Counted from the stretch's first letter, positions 10,277 through 19,096 are shown. The stretch: DNA of 64,000 nt from Bacillales bacterium UBA3206 (GCA_002363705.1 DEWQ01000011.1:154168-218167), one strand, 5' to 3'. Made by a program: numbers and translations. Notes: a model not told the origin generated them from the letters alone.

Positions 10277-10423
10277 TTTAAATAACCAAAAAACTAGAAA
10301 AAACCGCATCACTAAAGGATTTTTACTACTTTTAGATGATTTATTTTAAATATTAAATTCGGGCACTCATCGGGAACCACCCGTTACTAAGTGTTATCAA
10401 ACAACACTATTTTAACTTAATTC

Positions 10424-10666
10424 TCATTCACGTGCAATCTTTAATTTTTTTCTAGAAATCAATTCTAACATTTCCTCTTTATTGTTATGGATTCTATCGT
10501 CAATCACCAATTCTAGTAGAAGCTTCAATGCATCTCTGATTTCTTTTCCAGCAAGTCCTAATCTAATCAAATCATATCCATCTACTGATAAATCAGACAA
10601 GGCTGAAGTCGAATTAAATGATGCTGGTATTAAATTATATAACTCAAAATAATTGAATTTTACCAT
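10424..10666 (-). CDS. Hypothetical 80-aa protein (weak resemblance to the C-terminal tail of CCA-adding tRNA nucleotidyltransferases)
   Basis: Its start overlaps the Fic stop by 7 nt. 'GYDLIRLGLAGKEIRDALKLLLELVIDD' recalls the C-terminal segment of Bacillus CCA enzymes, but the similarity was judged by eye only. Confidence 0.3.
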   Translation of the reverse strand: MVKFNYFELYNLIPASFNSTSALSDLSVDGYDLIRLGLAGKEIRDALKLLLELVIDDRIHNNKEEMLELISRKKLKIARE

Positions 10667-11715
10667 TCTTTAATTAAATCATATAAATAATTATTCTTAT
10701 ATATTTTTTCTTTTCCAACTTGCTCTGAAGTTAAAACACCCAATTCTTCTAATTCTGAAAGATATTTTCCTGCTGTATTTCTAGAAACGGATAATTTCTC
10801 TCTTAAATATTCATTTTTAGTATAAAAATCATAAAATAAATATTCTATTAATTCTTCAGAATAAATCTTTGGTTTATTTTGCTTCACTAGATTTTTGCAA
10901 TTATCCATCGCTTTTCTAAATTTATCAATAAATCCTAAAGTGAATATGGATGTTTGTTCAACTCCATTAATCATATATAACAAATAATTTTTTATATATT
11001 TATTATCAATCCTCATATCATAAAGGCATTTATAATATTCTTCCCTATTTGAATTAATATATTTTGACAAATATAAAATAGGAAGAGATAACTTTTGTTG
11101 TAAAACTAAATATAATACATTTAAGATTCTTCCTGTTCTACCATTTCCATCATGAAATGGATGAATTGATTCAAATTGATAATGAATCATAGACATCTTG
11201 ATAAGCGGATCTGTATTTTCAAGTTCATCATAATTAATGTATTTTTCTAGGTTTGATAAATAATCTCTTATTTCATTCTCACTTTGAGGTGGATTATGAA
11301 GTATTTCTTTGGTTTTAGTATTCATAATAACTGTACCTGGTATCTTTCTAATTCCACCAACATTAGGTTCAATGATATGATGAATTTCTTCAATTATCTT
11401 TGAACTAATAAATCCGTTATCCTTAACTTGAGAGAATCCATATAAAATAGCTTGACGATAATTAACAACCTCTTTAGATGCAGAATTTTGATTTTTAAGG
11501 GTTATCTCCTTAAACACCTCATCAAAAGTTGTTACTATATTTTCAATCTCACTTGATTCTTTTGCTTCACCTAATATAACAGCATTTAGTATAATATTAG
11601 GATTTGGCATTGTATTAATGATACCATTCAATTCTCCTAATTTACTATTTGCTTTATTTAATGCCTTAAGAATATCAATATCATCATAATTATATTCAAA
11701 TGGTAATTTGTGCAT
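10660..11715 (-). CDS. Fic-family protein (class II, auto-inhibited AMPylase) with C-terminal wHTH
   Basis: The Fic motif is 'HPFHDGNGRTGR' and an N-terminal inhibitory motif 'SSEIEN' fits (S/T)xxxE(G/N). The track ORF extends to 12033, but the M at 11715 (MHKLPFEYNYDD) has RBS 'gaaggtga' and the upstream stretch is repeat and terminator DNA. Confidence 0.8.
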   Translation of the reverse strand: MHKLPFEYNYDDIDILKALNKANSKLGELNGIINTMPNPNIILNAVILGEAKESSEIENIVTTFDEVFKEITLKNQNSASKEVVNYRQAILYGFSQVKDNGFISSKIIEEIHHIIEPNVGGIRKIPGTVIMNTKTKEILHNPPQSENEIRDYLSNLEKYINYDELENTDPLIKMSMIHYQFESIHPFHDGNGRTGRILNVLYLVLQQKLSLPILYLSKYINSNREEYYKCLYDMRIDNKYIKNYLLYMINGVEQTSIFTLGFIDKFRKAMDNCKNLVKQNKPKIYSEELIEYLFYDFYTKNEYLREKLSVSRNTAGKYLSELEELGVLTSEQVGKEKIYKNNYLYDLIKEW

Positions 11716-11823
11716 ATCATCACCTTCTGCACAAATTTTATCATTTTTTGTGCACGTTGTCAATTCGTGCACAATATCAATTTGAAACAAAAATAAAAAG
11801 CAGGGTGAGAAGTCCTGCTTAAT

Positions 11824-11879
11824 ATCTTTTTCTTTGCAATTATAATAATCGAACAATTTACTAAGGCTTAGAGGCTTGT
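11824..11879. repeat. ~52-bp imperfect direct repeat, copy B
   Basis: It matches 10225..10276; together the two copies bracket the Fic module. Confidence 0.8.
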
Positions 11880-11955
11880 AGTGCACAACTAACACCTTAG
11901 TTAAGAAGTTTTTATTTGTGTTAAAGGTACTGCTATATTTTACGATTTTTTTCTT

Positions 11956-11993
11956 AAAAAAAACTAAAAGCAGGGTTGTGGATTCCCCTGCTT
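11956..11993 (-). terminator. rho-independent terminator of rplM-rpsI operon
   Basis: An aagcaggg/ccctgctt stem is followed on the minus strand by a U-run, about 50 nt after the rpsI stop. Confidence 0.6.
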
Positions 11994-12041
11994 CTAATAT
12001 AATCCATAAATATGAACTTTTTGTCAAAATCAAACGTAATA

Positions 12042-12446
12042 CTATCTCTTAGAGAATTGTGGAGCACGACGAGCCTTCTTAAGACCGTACTTCTTACGCT
12101 CCTTAGCACGTGGATCACGTGTAACAAGACCAGCTGGCTTTAATGTAGCACGATAATCTGGGTTAACTTCCATTAATGCACGAGTGATTCCTAGACGGAT
12201 AGCTCCAGCTTGTCCAGTCATTCCTCCACCAAATACATTAACGATTACATCGAACTTATTTAAGTTCTCTGTAAGCTCAAGTGGTTGAAGGGCGTCAAGT
12301 CTAGCTAGAGGGTTAGTAATATACTCCTCAAATGCTCTACCGTTAACAGTAACCTTTCCTTCACCTGCTTGTAAAATAACTCTAGCAACAGAAGTCTTAC
12401 GACGTCCTGTTCCGAAATATTGAACCTTAGTATTCTTCTTAGCCAT
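12042..12446 (-). CDS. rpsI: 30S ribosomal protein S9
   Basis: The full-length 134-aa S9 ends in '...[12 protein letters not shown]'. Confidence 0.95.
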   Translation of the reverse strand: MAKKNTKVQYFGTGRRKTSVARVILQAGEGKVTVNGRAFEEYITNPLARLDALQPLELTENLNKFDVIVNVFGGGMTGQAGAIRLGITRALMEVNPDYRATLKPAGLVTRDPRAKERKKYGLKKARRAPQFSKR

Positions 12447-12463
12447 GTTTCAGTACCTCCTTA

Positions 12464-12898
12464 TTAGTCCTCTACCTTAAATTCAACTGGCTTTTGAGCA
12501 GCATGTGGATGCTCTGGTCCAGCATAAACATAAAGTTGATTTCTCATTTGATCTCCAAGCTTAGTATGAGGAAGCATTCCGTAGATTGCATTCTCAACCA
12601 TTCTTGTAGGGAACTTAGTCATAACCTCAGTAGCAGTAAGAGTAGTTAATCCTCCATTGTAATCTGAGTGATGAATGTATAGCTTATCTTGCCACTTGTT
12701 TCCTGTTAACTTAATCTTCTCAGCATTGATTACAACAACGTAATCTCCGCAGTTAACATGAGGAGTGTAAGTAGGCTTTCCCTTTCCTCTTAATAAAGAA
12801 GCAACTTGAGTTGCAAGTCTTCCTAGTGTCTTGTTTGTAGCGTCAACTACATACCAATTCTTTTGTACAGTTTGATTATTTGCCATATAAGTTTTCAT
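12464..12898 (-). CDS. rplM: 50S ribosomal protein L13
   Basis: The N-terminus 'MKTYMANNQTVQKNWYVVDATNKTLGRLA' is that of L13. Confidence 0.95.
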   Translation of the reverse strand: MKTYMANNQTVQKNWYVVDATNKTLGRLATQVASLLRGKGKPTYTPHVNCGDYVVVINAEKIKLTGNKWQDKLYIHHSDYNGGLTTLTATEVMTKFPTRMVENAIYGMLPHTKLGDQMRNQLYVYAGPEHPHAAQKPVEFKVED

Positions 12899-12964
12899 AA
12901 ATTATTTTCCTCCTTAAATTATCCTAATTAAGGGCTTTTTGTGGATTAAAAATGTACCGATAAA

Positions 12965-12993
12965 ATTATATTATAATTACAAGATTATGTCAA
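12965..12993 (-). promoter_or_regulatory. Sigma-A-type promoter of rplM-rpsI (TTGACA-17-TATAAT)
   Basis: Read on the minus strand the sequence is ttgaca-taatcttgtaattataa-tataat, about 65 nt upstream of the rplM start. Confidence 0.6.
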
Positions 12994-12999
12994 CAATAA

Positions 13000-13036
13000 T
13001 TTTATATAAAAAGAGGTGGCTATTCGCCATCCTCTT
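13000..13036 (-). terminator. rho-independent terminator of the sipW-AAA operon
   Basis: The hairpin aagaggtggc-tattc-gccatcctctt is followed by a U-run on the minus strand and overlaps the stop codon. Confidence 0.5.
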
Positions 13037-13730
13037 CATTAGCTTTATTTTCTTCCTCTATTTCCTTTAATAATTCTTGACGCATATCATCAAGTAGCTT
13101 TTGTTTAAGCTCCTCACTTGATAGCTTTTCTGAAGAATTTTCTTTTATCTTTTTCTTATTCTTTACAAGATAAATATTAACACTTTCAGTCAACATTATT
13201 AATAGAAATACAAATATTAATAATCCATAGATTAAATTTTTGTTTGACGCAAGCTTTCCTATATTTAAGAAATTAAATGTTTTAACATATATTCCTATAA
13301 GCATATCCGCTGTGACTAATTCATCATCAACCAAGGTATTATTATCACCCTTAACTATAAATCCACTATCTGTTATTTCAACTATTCTATGAACAATATA
13401 TAGTCCTTTAGTTTCACCAGATTCAGATTTATATATGATAATATCTCCAACATCACATGAATCATATGATATTTTCTTAAATATTATAGAATCCCCAGCT
13501 TTTATAGTTGGTTCCATACTCTTAGTTGGTACATATGAGTATGAGTATCCAAAATAGCTTACAGGCTTTTCTTCTCTTACAGCAATTACATTACATACAA
13601 GCATATAAATGATAAGTAATACAATTAATCCTATAAGAGAGCCTACTCCAATTGTTAATCCCTTTTGCACCTTTGGAGGTAGCTTTGATTTTAACCTTTG
13701 TAGTAAGCCTTGCTTTTTAGTCTTCGTCAT
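13020..13730 (-). CDS. ER/archaeal-type signal peptidase I (SipW-like) with C-terminal TM and charged cytoplasmic tail
   Basis: It has 'KSMEPTIKAGD' (Ser box), 'VHRIV' (His box) and 'GDNN', with an N-terminal TM, a second TM and an acidic/Lys-rich tail. Its start overlaps the upstream gene by 14 nt. Confidence 0.75.
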   Translation of the reverse strand: MTKTKKQGLLQRLKSKLPPKVQKGLTIGVGSLIGLIVLLIIYMLVCNVIAVREEKPVSYFGYSYSYVPTKSMEPTIKAGDSIIFKKISYDSCDVGDIIIYKSESGETKGLYIVHRIVEITDSGFIVKGDNNTLVDDELVTADMLIGIYVKTFNFLNIGKLASNKNLIYGLLIFVFLLIMLTESVNIYLVKNKKKIKENSSEKLSSEELKQKLLDDMRQELLKEIEEENKANEEDGE

Positions 13731-16371
13731 TTTCCTTTGCCCTTGCAGCTAAAGCTTTAGCACGAATTGCTTCACGTCTACGACGTAATAGTTCACGTGG
13801 ATCAACCTTTTCACCTGTTGAAGGTGTGCTATCCATTGCAGGACGAGCTTGACTACGTTCTGCTAATGTTCTTTGCTTTAAAGCCTCACGTCTACGTCTT
13901 AGAACCTCTCTTGGGTCCTCTTCAGTAGCAGATGGGGCTGCAGCCTCTACAGGTGCAGTACCATTAGCCTGTGCTTGACGCTGTGCAAGTAATGCACGAC
14001 GACGAATAATATCCCTATTACGCTCAAACATTGCAGCAGATGCTCTTTGTGGTGCTACTGCTTCTGGTTTAGACTCCTCTTCGTCGTCCTCTGCAGAAAC
14101 AACATCCTTTGATTGCATCATACTCTCTTCAGCACGTTCTTTTTTACGTGCTTCAAATAATGCCTTATTATCAAGAGGCTTTTCTTCATCCTCATCCTCA
14201 TCAACAACTCTTGCTCCAGCCTTATCAGCTAATGCCTTTTGTCTTATAGCCTCACGTCTACGACGTAATAGCTCCTTAGGTGATAATGATTCCTCTTGAG
14301 CCTCTTCCTCTTCACCATCATCAGATGAGAAGTCATTTAATAATTGGTCTAGCTCATCATCAATTGCCTTAACCTCTGCATTCTCCTGCTCGTCTTCAGC
14401 TTCTGCCTCAGCCTCATCAGCCATAGCAGCCTTCATAGCCTCTTCCTTAGCACGGGCTGCAGCAGCCTTAGCCTTAATGATTTCACGTCTACGCCTAAGG
14501 ATTTCCTTAGCATCTAGATGAGCCTTAGAAGCTTCTAGCTCCTTCTCTTGCTCCTCTACCTTCTTAGCTTCAGCCTCAGCCTTAGCCTTAGCTTCTTCTC
14601 TTTCCTTAGCCTTTGCTTCACGAGCAGCCTTTCTTTCAGCCTTAGCCTTAGCCTGCTCAGCAAGAATACGTGCTCTACGCTCTTGAAGCTTAGCCTTTGT
14701 AGCCTCTTGAGCTGCCTTCTCCTTAGCACGGGCCTCATCACGCTCAGCCTTAAGCTTAGCACGCTCCTCCTTAGCCTTAGCTTCTAGCTCCTCTTGTCTA
14801 CGTCTAGCCTCTTCACGCTCAGCAGCACGTTTAGCAGCACGAGCTGCCTTCTCTTCTGCAAGCTTCTTAAGTCTTGCTTCACGAGCCTGTTGCTGACGAA
14901 TCTTCTCTTCAGTAGATTGAATCTCTGCTAGTGTATCCTCGTATTCTTTCTTTGTATTATTGTAATCTACTTCCTTAAGTCTAGTAATAGTATCTAAGAC
15001 ATCTGCTTTCTTCTTAGCACGCTCTAGCTTAACTGGAAGTGGAACCTCTTCAAATTCATCCTCAAATGGAACCTCAAATAGAGGTGGATAAATTGAGTTT
15101 ATTACTTCTTGCATTTCTCTAAACACAAGCTCTAGTGAATATTTCTTCTCCATTCCAGAGTTTACTTTATCCTCAAGAGATTGCTGGTAGAATTCCTGAG
15201 TCTTATTTAAGAAATACTCAGACATCTCAAATTTTTCGATATTTTGAGAATCTGGCTTAAATTTATACTCATCATCCATCTTACTTAGATTACGAGCATT
15301 ACGATATGTATGTGACTTATATAGGTCCTGATTCTCTAGGTCTCTAGAACCATTATAATATAGCATTGTACCTACTGAGTTAGCAAAAATCTTATCAATT
15401 GTTGATGCCATCTCATCAGTATATTTATTTTTCTTTTCACGTACATTTACATCGAATGCTAATTGGTTATATCTATCAAGGAAAACCCATGTATTATAAC
15501 AAATCTTGAATTCAGGATTTTTTGTAATAATGTTAGTCTTTTGAATTGGGGGTACTACCTCTTTATAATTCTTTAAGGCTTGCATTAGCTGAGAAGAACG
15601 AAGAGATTTAAATTTCTCTTGTACATCCTTTGCTTTTTCAAAGGTGTCACGAGCCATCTTAACCTCAGATTCCTGCTCAGATTCCATTTTAACTGATAAT
15701 TCAACCTTAACCTTAGTTTTATCCTCTAGCTTGAAATCATTAGTAATAACTGTACTACGTGTCTCATATGAATCTAGATTCTTCTTCATAATTTGAATAC
15801 GAAGTGATAAGAACTTACAAATACGGTTAATTAGAGTCTTAATGAAACGGTTCTCATAAATTCCTAGCTCATCCTCAGAGAATGTTGTTAATAGCTTTGA
15901 TGGAATAATATCCCCGTTTTCCTTAACCTGTTTAATAAATTGTGTATGTGAGGATAAGTGTCTTACGGTATCAGAATTAACCTTCTTAACCTTCTCCATA
16001 GGTACAACTTCTTCCTCATAACGAATTGCTTTCTTAGGATCCTTTAAAATTTTTGAGATACTCTTAAAGCAATCATTTAATACTGGTATAAATGATTTTT
16101 CAAAAATCTTAGTTTCACGAATAGTCTTTGAGTAAACTGTCTTCTTTCCACCTTGGATTTGCTTTAGTAAAGCAGCTCCCATAGCTGACTTAGTGACACT
16201 ACCCTTTAGGCTTTCCTCGAGAATGTGGTAGAACTCACTTACAGATGCATCATTCTTTTCTGCATCAGTTGGCTCTAAGACCTTTCCATCTGAGCTATCA
16301 CCATTCTCATTTAGTTTTTCATCGACAACGATAGATTGTTCAGTCTTTTGCTCTTCTTCCACATTGCTCAC
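13717..16371 (-). CDS. Large hypothetical protein: ~480-aa N-terminal globular region plus ~400-aa E/R/K/A-rich helical tail with 5 'LLRRRREAIRxKALA' repeats
   Basis: It has no TM or signal peptide. The tail is an ER/K-rich single-alpha-helix-like segment (AEEKAARAAKRAAEREEARRRQEELEAKAKEE...) with five periodic RRRRE motifs that recur at nucleotide level (cacgtctacgacgtaatag). It sits 28 nt downstream of the AAA gene. Confidence 0.55.
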   Translation of the reverse strand: MSNVEEEQKTEQSIVVDEKLNENGDSSDGKVLEPTDAEKNDASVSEFYHILEESLKGSVTKSAMGAALLKQIQGGKKTVYSKTIRETKIFEKSFIPVLNDCFKSISKILKDPKKAIRYEEEVVPMEKVKKVNSDTVRHLSSHTQFIKQVKENGDIIPSKLLTTFSEDELGIYENRFIKTLINRICKFLSLRIQIMKKNLDSYETRSTVITNDFKLEDKTKVKVELSVKMESEQESEVKMARDTFEKAKDVQEKFKSLRSSQLMQALKNYKEVVPPIQKTNIITKNPEFKICYNTWVFLDRYNQLAFDVNVREKKNKYTDEMASTIDKIFANSVGTMLYYNGSRDLENQDLYKSHTYRNARNLSKMDDEYKFKPDSQNIEKFEMSEYFLNKTQEFYQQSLEDKVNSGMEKKYSLELVFREMQEVINSIYPPLFEVPFEDEFEEVPLPVKLERAKKKADVLDTITRLKEVDYNNTKKEYEDTLAEIQSTEEKIRQQQAREARLKKLAEEKAARAAKRAAEREEARRRQEELEAKAKEERAKLKAERDEARAKEKAAQEATKAKLQERRARILAEQAKAKAERKAAREAKAKEREEAKAKAEAEAKKVEEQEKELEASKAHLDAKEILRRRREIIKAKAAAARAKEEAMKAAMADEAEAEAEDEQENAEVKAIDDELDQLLNDFSSDDGEEEEAQEESLSPKELLRRRREAIRQKALADKAGARVVDEDEDEEKPLDNKALFEARKKERAEESMMQSKDVVSAEDDEEESKPEAVAPQRASAAMFERNRDIIRRRALLAQRQAQANGTAPVEAAAPSATEEDPREVLRRRREALKQRTLAERSQARPAMDSTPSTGEKVDPRELLRRRREAIRAKALAARAKENDED

Positions 16372-16399
16372 CTCCCACTAATATCATTTTAGGTATTTA

Positions 16400-17989
16400 T
16401 TAGCTTACCTTCTTTAGATCATTAATAAAATCTTGTGATACAGCAAATGCTCTCTTACCAAATAATTTATCTAGTAAGGCACTTAATTGATCTAGCTCAT
16501 TACGTAGGAATGAAAGGTTTAATGACTCAAACTTACGTAAAATCTTATTACATAGCATGTAATCTAGACCTTCAATTTCAGTAAATCCACATGCAATATA
16601 GCATGGAACGAATAATCTAATTTGCTTCATGATACGGTTTCCGAATGCAATCTTGAATTTTGCTTGGATGAATTCATCAAGCTTCATGAATGATTCCATA
16701 ACTCTTGCAGAAATTGTAATGTCTCTTTGTGCTGCCTTGAATAGCTCATCAATATATTCAAATGACATTTGAACATTTTCAGTATAAGGTGCATCAACTA
16801 GCTCAGCCTTATGGTTAATAACGATAGGTAGGGCACGGTCATAAACCTTATCTGTGATTGTAAATGTTGAGTCATCCTTATTGGCTGTTCCAATGAACCA
16901 AATATTTTGGTTAATTAATAGCTTACCATTAATAAATAGCTTAGGATCTGTTGGATCTGAACCAGAAACGATGTCAATTAACCATTGAGATGGATCTGGC
17001 ATTTCCATTACTGATAGGAACTCAGCAAAATAGTACTCAATACGGGCAAGGTTCATCTCATCTAGTACGATGAAGTTAGGCTTGTCTGAGTATCCAGCTT
17101 GGTATACACACTTTAAGAAATCTGTTTCATTAAATCTATGTGTGAACTCATTTAAGTATCCAAGTAACTCAGCACGGTCACGCCATGAAGGCTGTACTGA
17201 AATAATTGATGATGGCTTATTAAAGAACTTACCCATTGCATATGGTAGGGAAGTCTTTCCTGTTCCTGAAATACCTTCTAGGATAAGAACCTTAGAAGTT
17301 CCCATTCCTGCGATATAACGGGCAATAACTGGCTTTGCATAATATAGATGTAGCTGTGATGCAGCATATCCGATAAATCTATCGCATAGACCACTTAAAT
17401 CAAGCATATCATTTGATGTCATTATTGTGTATTCAGGATTTGATCTATAGAAAGCATCAACTTGAGTAAGCTTAATGAATCTTCCATTAAACTCCTCTTT
17501 CTCCTCTTCCTCAGCAGGTGCTAATTGAGGGTTGAATAAATCATCTGGATTAACCTCAGTTTCTCCACCTGAAATTTGGCTTACACGTAAAGCAAGAATT
17601 TTATTCTTCTCATCAACAAGTTCAACTACCTTCTTATTTAATAGCTGCACTTGATCAATAAGCTCATCCTTCTCAATTTCTCTACCTCTAAACTTATTAT
17701 ATCTCTTACATAGAATTACAATTAATGTAATTAGTAATACGATAAATGCAAGATTAATAAATAGAACTACAACATAAGCAATCCAGTCTAATGCATTCCA
17801 TTCACTATTATGAATAGAAGCATCAGCTAAATCCTTAAAATAATTCTTAATGTCTGTTCCAAACCATTTTCCAAAGGCCTTTCCAATACTTGAAAAGAAT
17901 GTACCAAAGTTTTTAAAGAATGCCTTTAAAAAATTATAATAATATCTAGCAAATTCACTCATATCTGCTCTCTCCTTCCAAGGACTCAA
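16400..17989 (-). CDS. Membrane-anchored McrB/AAA_5-like NTPase
   Basis: An N-terminal TM helix (WIAYVVVLFINLAFIVLLITLIVILC) is followed by a coiled coil. The NTPase motifs are Walker A 'GISGTGKTS', Walker B 'IVLDEMNLARIEYYFAEF' and 'IGTANKDDSTF', which resembles the McrB 'MNTADRS' motif. Its start overlaps the upstream sipW-like stop by 8 nt. Confidence 0.6.
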   Translation of the reverse strand: MSPWKERADMSEFARYYYNFLKAFFKNFGTFFSSIGKAFGKWFGTDIKNYFKDLADASIHNSEWNALDWIAYVVVLFINLAFIVLLITLIVILCKRYNKFRGREIEKDELIDQVQLLNKKVVELVDEKNKILALRVSQISGGETEVNPDDLFNPQLAPAEEEEKEEFNGRFIKLTQVDAFYRSNPEYTIMTSNDMLDLSGLCDRFIGYAASQLHLYYAKPVIARYIAGMGTSKVLILEGISGTGKTSLPYAMGKFFNKPSSIISVQPSWRDRAELLGYLNEFTHRFNETDFLKCVYQAGYSDKPNFIVLDEMNLARIEYYFAEFLSVMEMPDPSQWLIDIVSGSDPTDPKLFINGKLLINQNIWFIGTANKDDSTFTITDKVYDRALPIVINHKAELVDAPYTENVQMSFEYIDELFKAAQRDITISARVMESFMKLDEFIQAKFKIAFGNRIMKQIRLFVPCYIACGFTEIEGLDYMLCNKILRKFESLNLSFLRNELDQLSALLDKLFGKRAFAVSQDFINDLKKVS

Positions 17990-17995
17990 TCATTT

Positions 17996-18955
17996 TTACT
18001 TCTCTTCGTCGCCCTTTTCACTACTATCTGTGATATCTTTTTCATCATTTGGTTTTGTTTCTGCATTTTCCTTTGCAGCAGCTGCTTGCTCTGCTCTTAA
18101 TTGAGCTAGAAGCTCAGCCTTCATTTTTTCTCTTTCCTCATCAAGAGATTTCTTCATTTCTTCCTTCTCAGCCTCATTAGCCTCTTGAAGCTTAGCTGTT
18201 CTTATTTCCATTACATTCTTAATTACCATAAACATTTCAAATACTAAGAATAAACCTGTGAAAATAATAACTAGCACAAATCCCTTTTTAGGATTAGATA
18301 GCCAATTTACAAAATTACCAGCACCATCCCAGTGTGAAATGTATTTTGCTTTTACTTGATCTGGATTTACAATTTGTACAACCTCTTGAGTATATCTCAT
18401 TAAAGTTTTCTCTTCTTCTGTACAATTGTCGTAATAATACATACCATCTTTATATGATTTGTAGATATCTCCTTGTAATACAAAGCATGAAATACTATTA
18501 TCAGATGGATTATAAATAATATCTACAATTCTATGGGTATTAAGGAATGGATCCTTAGCACTTTCTGTATCCCAAAAAGTGATAATATCTCCAACTTTAA
18601 GCTTTGATGTTTTAAAATTAGTAGATGCCCATACCAAATCTCCCTTTTCAAATGTAGGTGTCATAGAGTCTGATAATACAATTTCATACCCTAGACCAAA
18701 AACATTTTTTACCTTACCTTCTTTAGATCCGGCAATTTGTGAAATTGAGAATAATAAAAGCAAGAATATAAAAAAGTAGAATATAGAATTAACCACAATA
18801 TTTGTTATATATAGCGCTTTTTTTCTTTTATCTATAGAATTAATTTCCATTTCTTCATCAATATTATCCTTAGTAGTAAGAGATTCCTCTTGTTCAATCA
18901 AATCATTATTTTCATTGTTAGTATCTTCATTCAACATATCTCTTGCTCCTTTCAC
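17996..18955 (-). CDS. ER/archaeal-type signal peptidase I (SipW-like, second paralog) with acidic N-terminal extension and C-terminal TM plus coiled-coil tail
   Basis: It has 'LSDSMTPTFEKGD' and the 'THRIV' His box; the C-terminal tail is 'EKEEMKKSLDEEREKMKAELLAQLRAEQ'. Confidence 0.7.
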   Translation of the reverse strand: MKGARDMLNEDTNNENNDLIEQEESLTTKDNIDEEMEINSIDKRKKALYITNIVVNSIFYFFIFLLLLFSISQIAGSKEGKVKNVFGLGYEIVLSDSMTPTFEKGDLVWASTNFKTSKLKVGDIITFWDTESAKDPFLNTHRIVDIIYNPSDNSISCFVLQGDIYKSYKDGMYYYDNCTEEEKTLMRYTQEVVQIVNPDQVKAKYISHWDGAGNFVNWLSNPKKGFVLVIIFTGLFLVFEMFMVIKNVMEIRTAKLQEANEAEKEEMKKSLDEEREKMKAELLAQLRAEQAAAAKENAETKPNDEKDITDSSEKGDEEK

Positions 18956-19096
18956 ATAAATATTCCTTATTTTATTTTATCATATTTAATTAGAAAATTA
19001 AATAGTATTTATTTGTAATAGCAAAAATAAGTCTATTATAAAAACAAAAATGTCTAGGTATTATTGAAATGATAAAATGTTAGTAGACACAAAAAA

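Noticed and set aside
11716-12033. N-terminal 106 codons of the 457-aa Fic ORF
   Set aside because: The region contains two terminator hairpins and a direct-repeat copy. A typical Fic N-terminus begins at the internal ATG (11715), which has a good RBS.
12048-12060. 13-nt identity (cttagagaattgt) between the rpsI 3' end and repeat copy A at 10264-10276, considered as a possible attB core
   Set aside because: In 64 kb of AT-rich DNA dozens of 13-mer matches are expected by chance. The rpsI terminator lies between rpsI and the repeats. It is kept only as a weak hypothesis.
14548-14787. Two ORFs (79 aa on the plus strand, 68 aa on the minus strand) of Leu/Ser/Arg low-complexity sequence inside the 884-aa gene
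   Set aside because: They are frame artefacts of the GCC/TTA/GC-rich nucleotide repeats that encode the E/R/K/A tail, with no RBS or independent signal.
14400-14900. Periodic 'gccttagccttagc' motifs considered as possible CRISPR or minisatellite
   Set aside because: The units are not separated by unique spacers, they lie in frame inside a long ORF encoding KAKAE-type repeats, and no cas genes are nearby.
16400-17989. Interpreting the NTPase plus downstream gene as a classical McrBC restriction system
   Set aside because: The partner lacks any recognisable PD-(D/E)xK nuclease motif and instead has a 400-aa ER/K helix. The NTPase is membrane-anchored and the pair is embedded between two signal peptidases, so McrBC-like restriction is unlikely, though only profile searches can exclude it.
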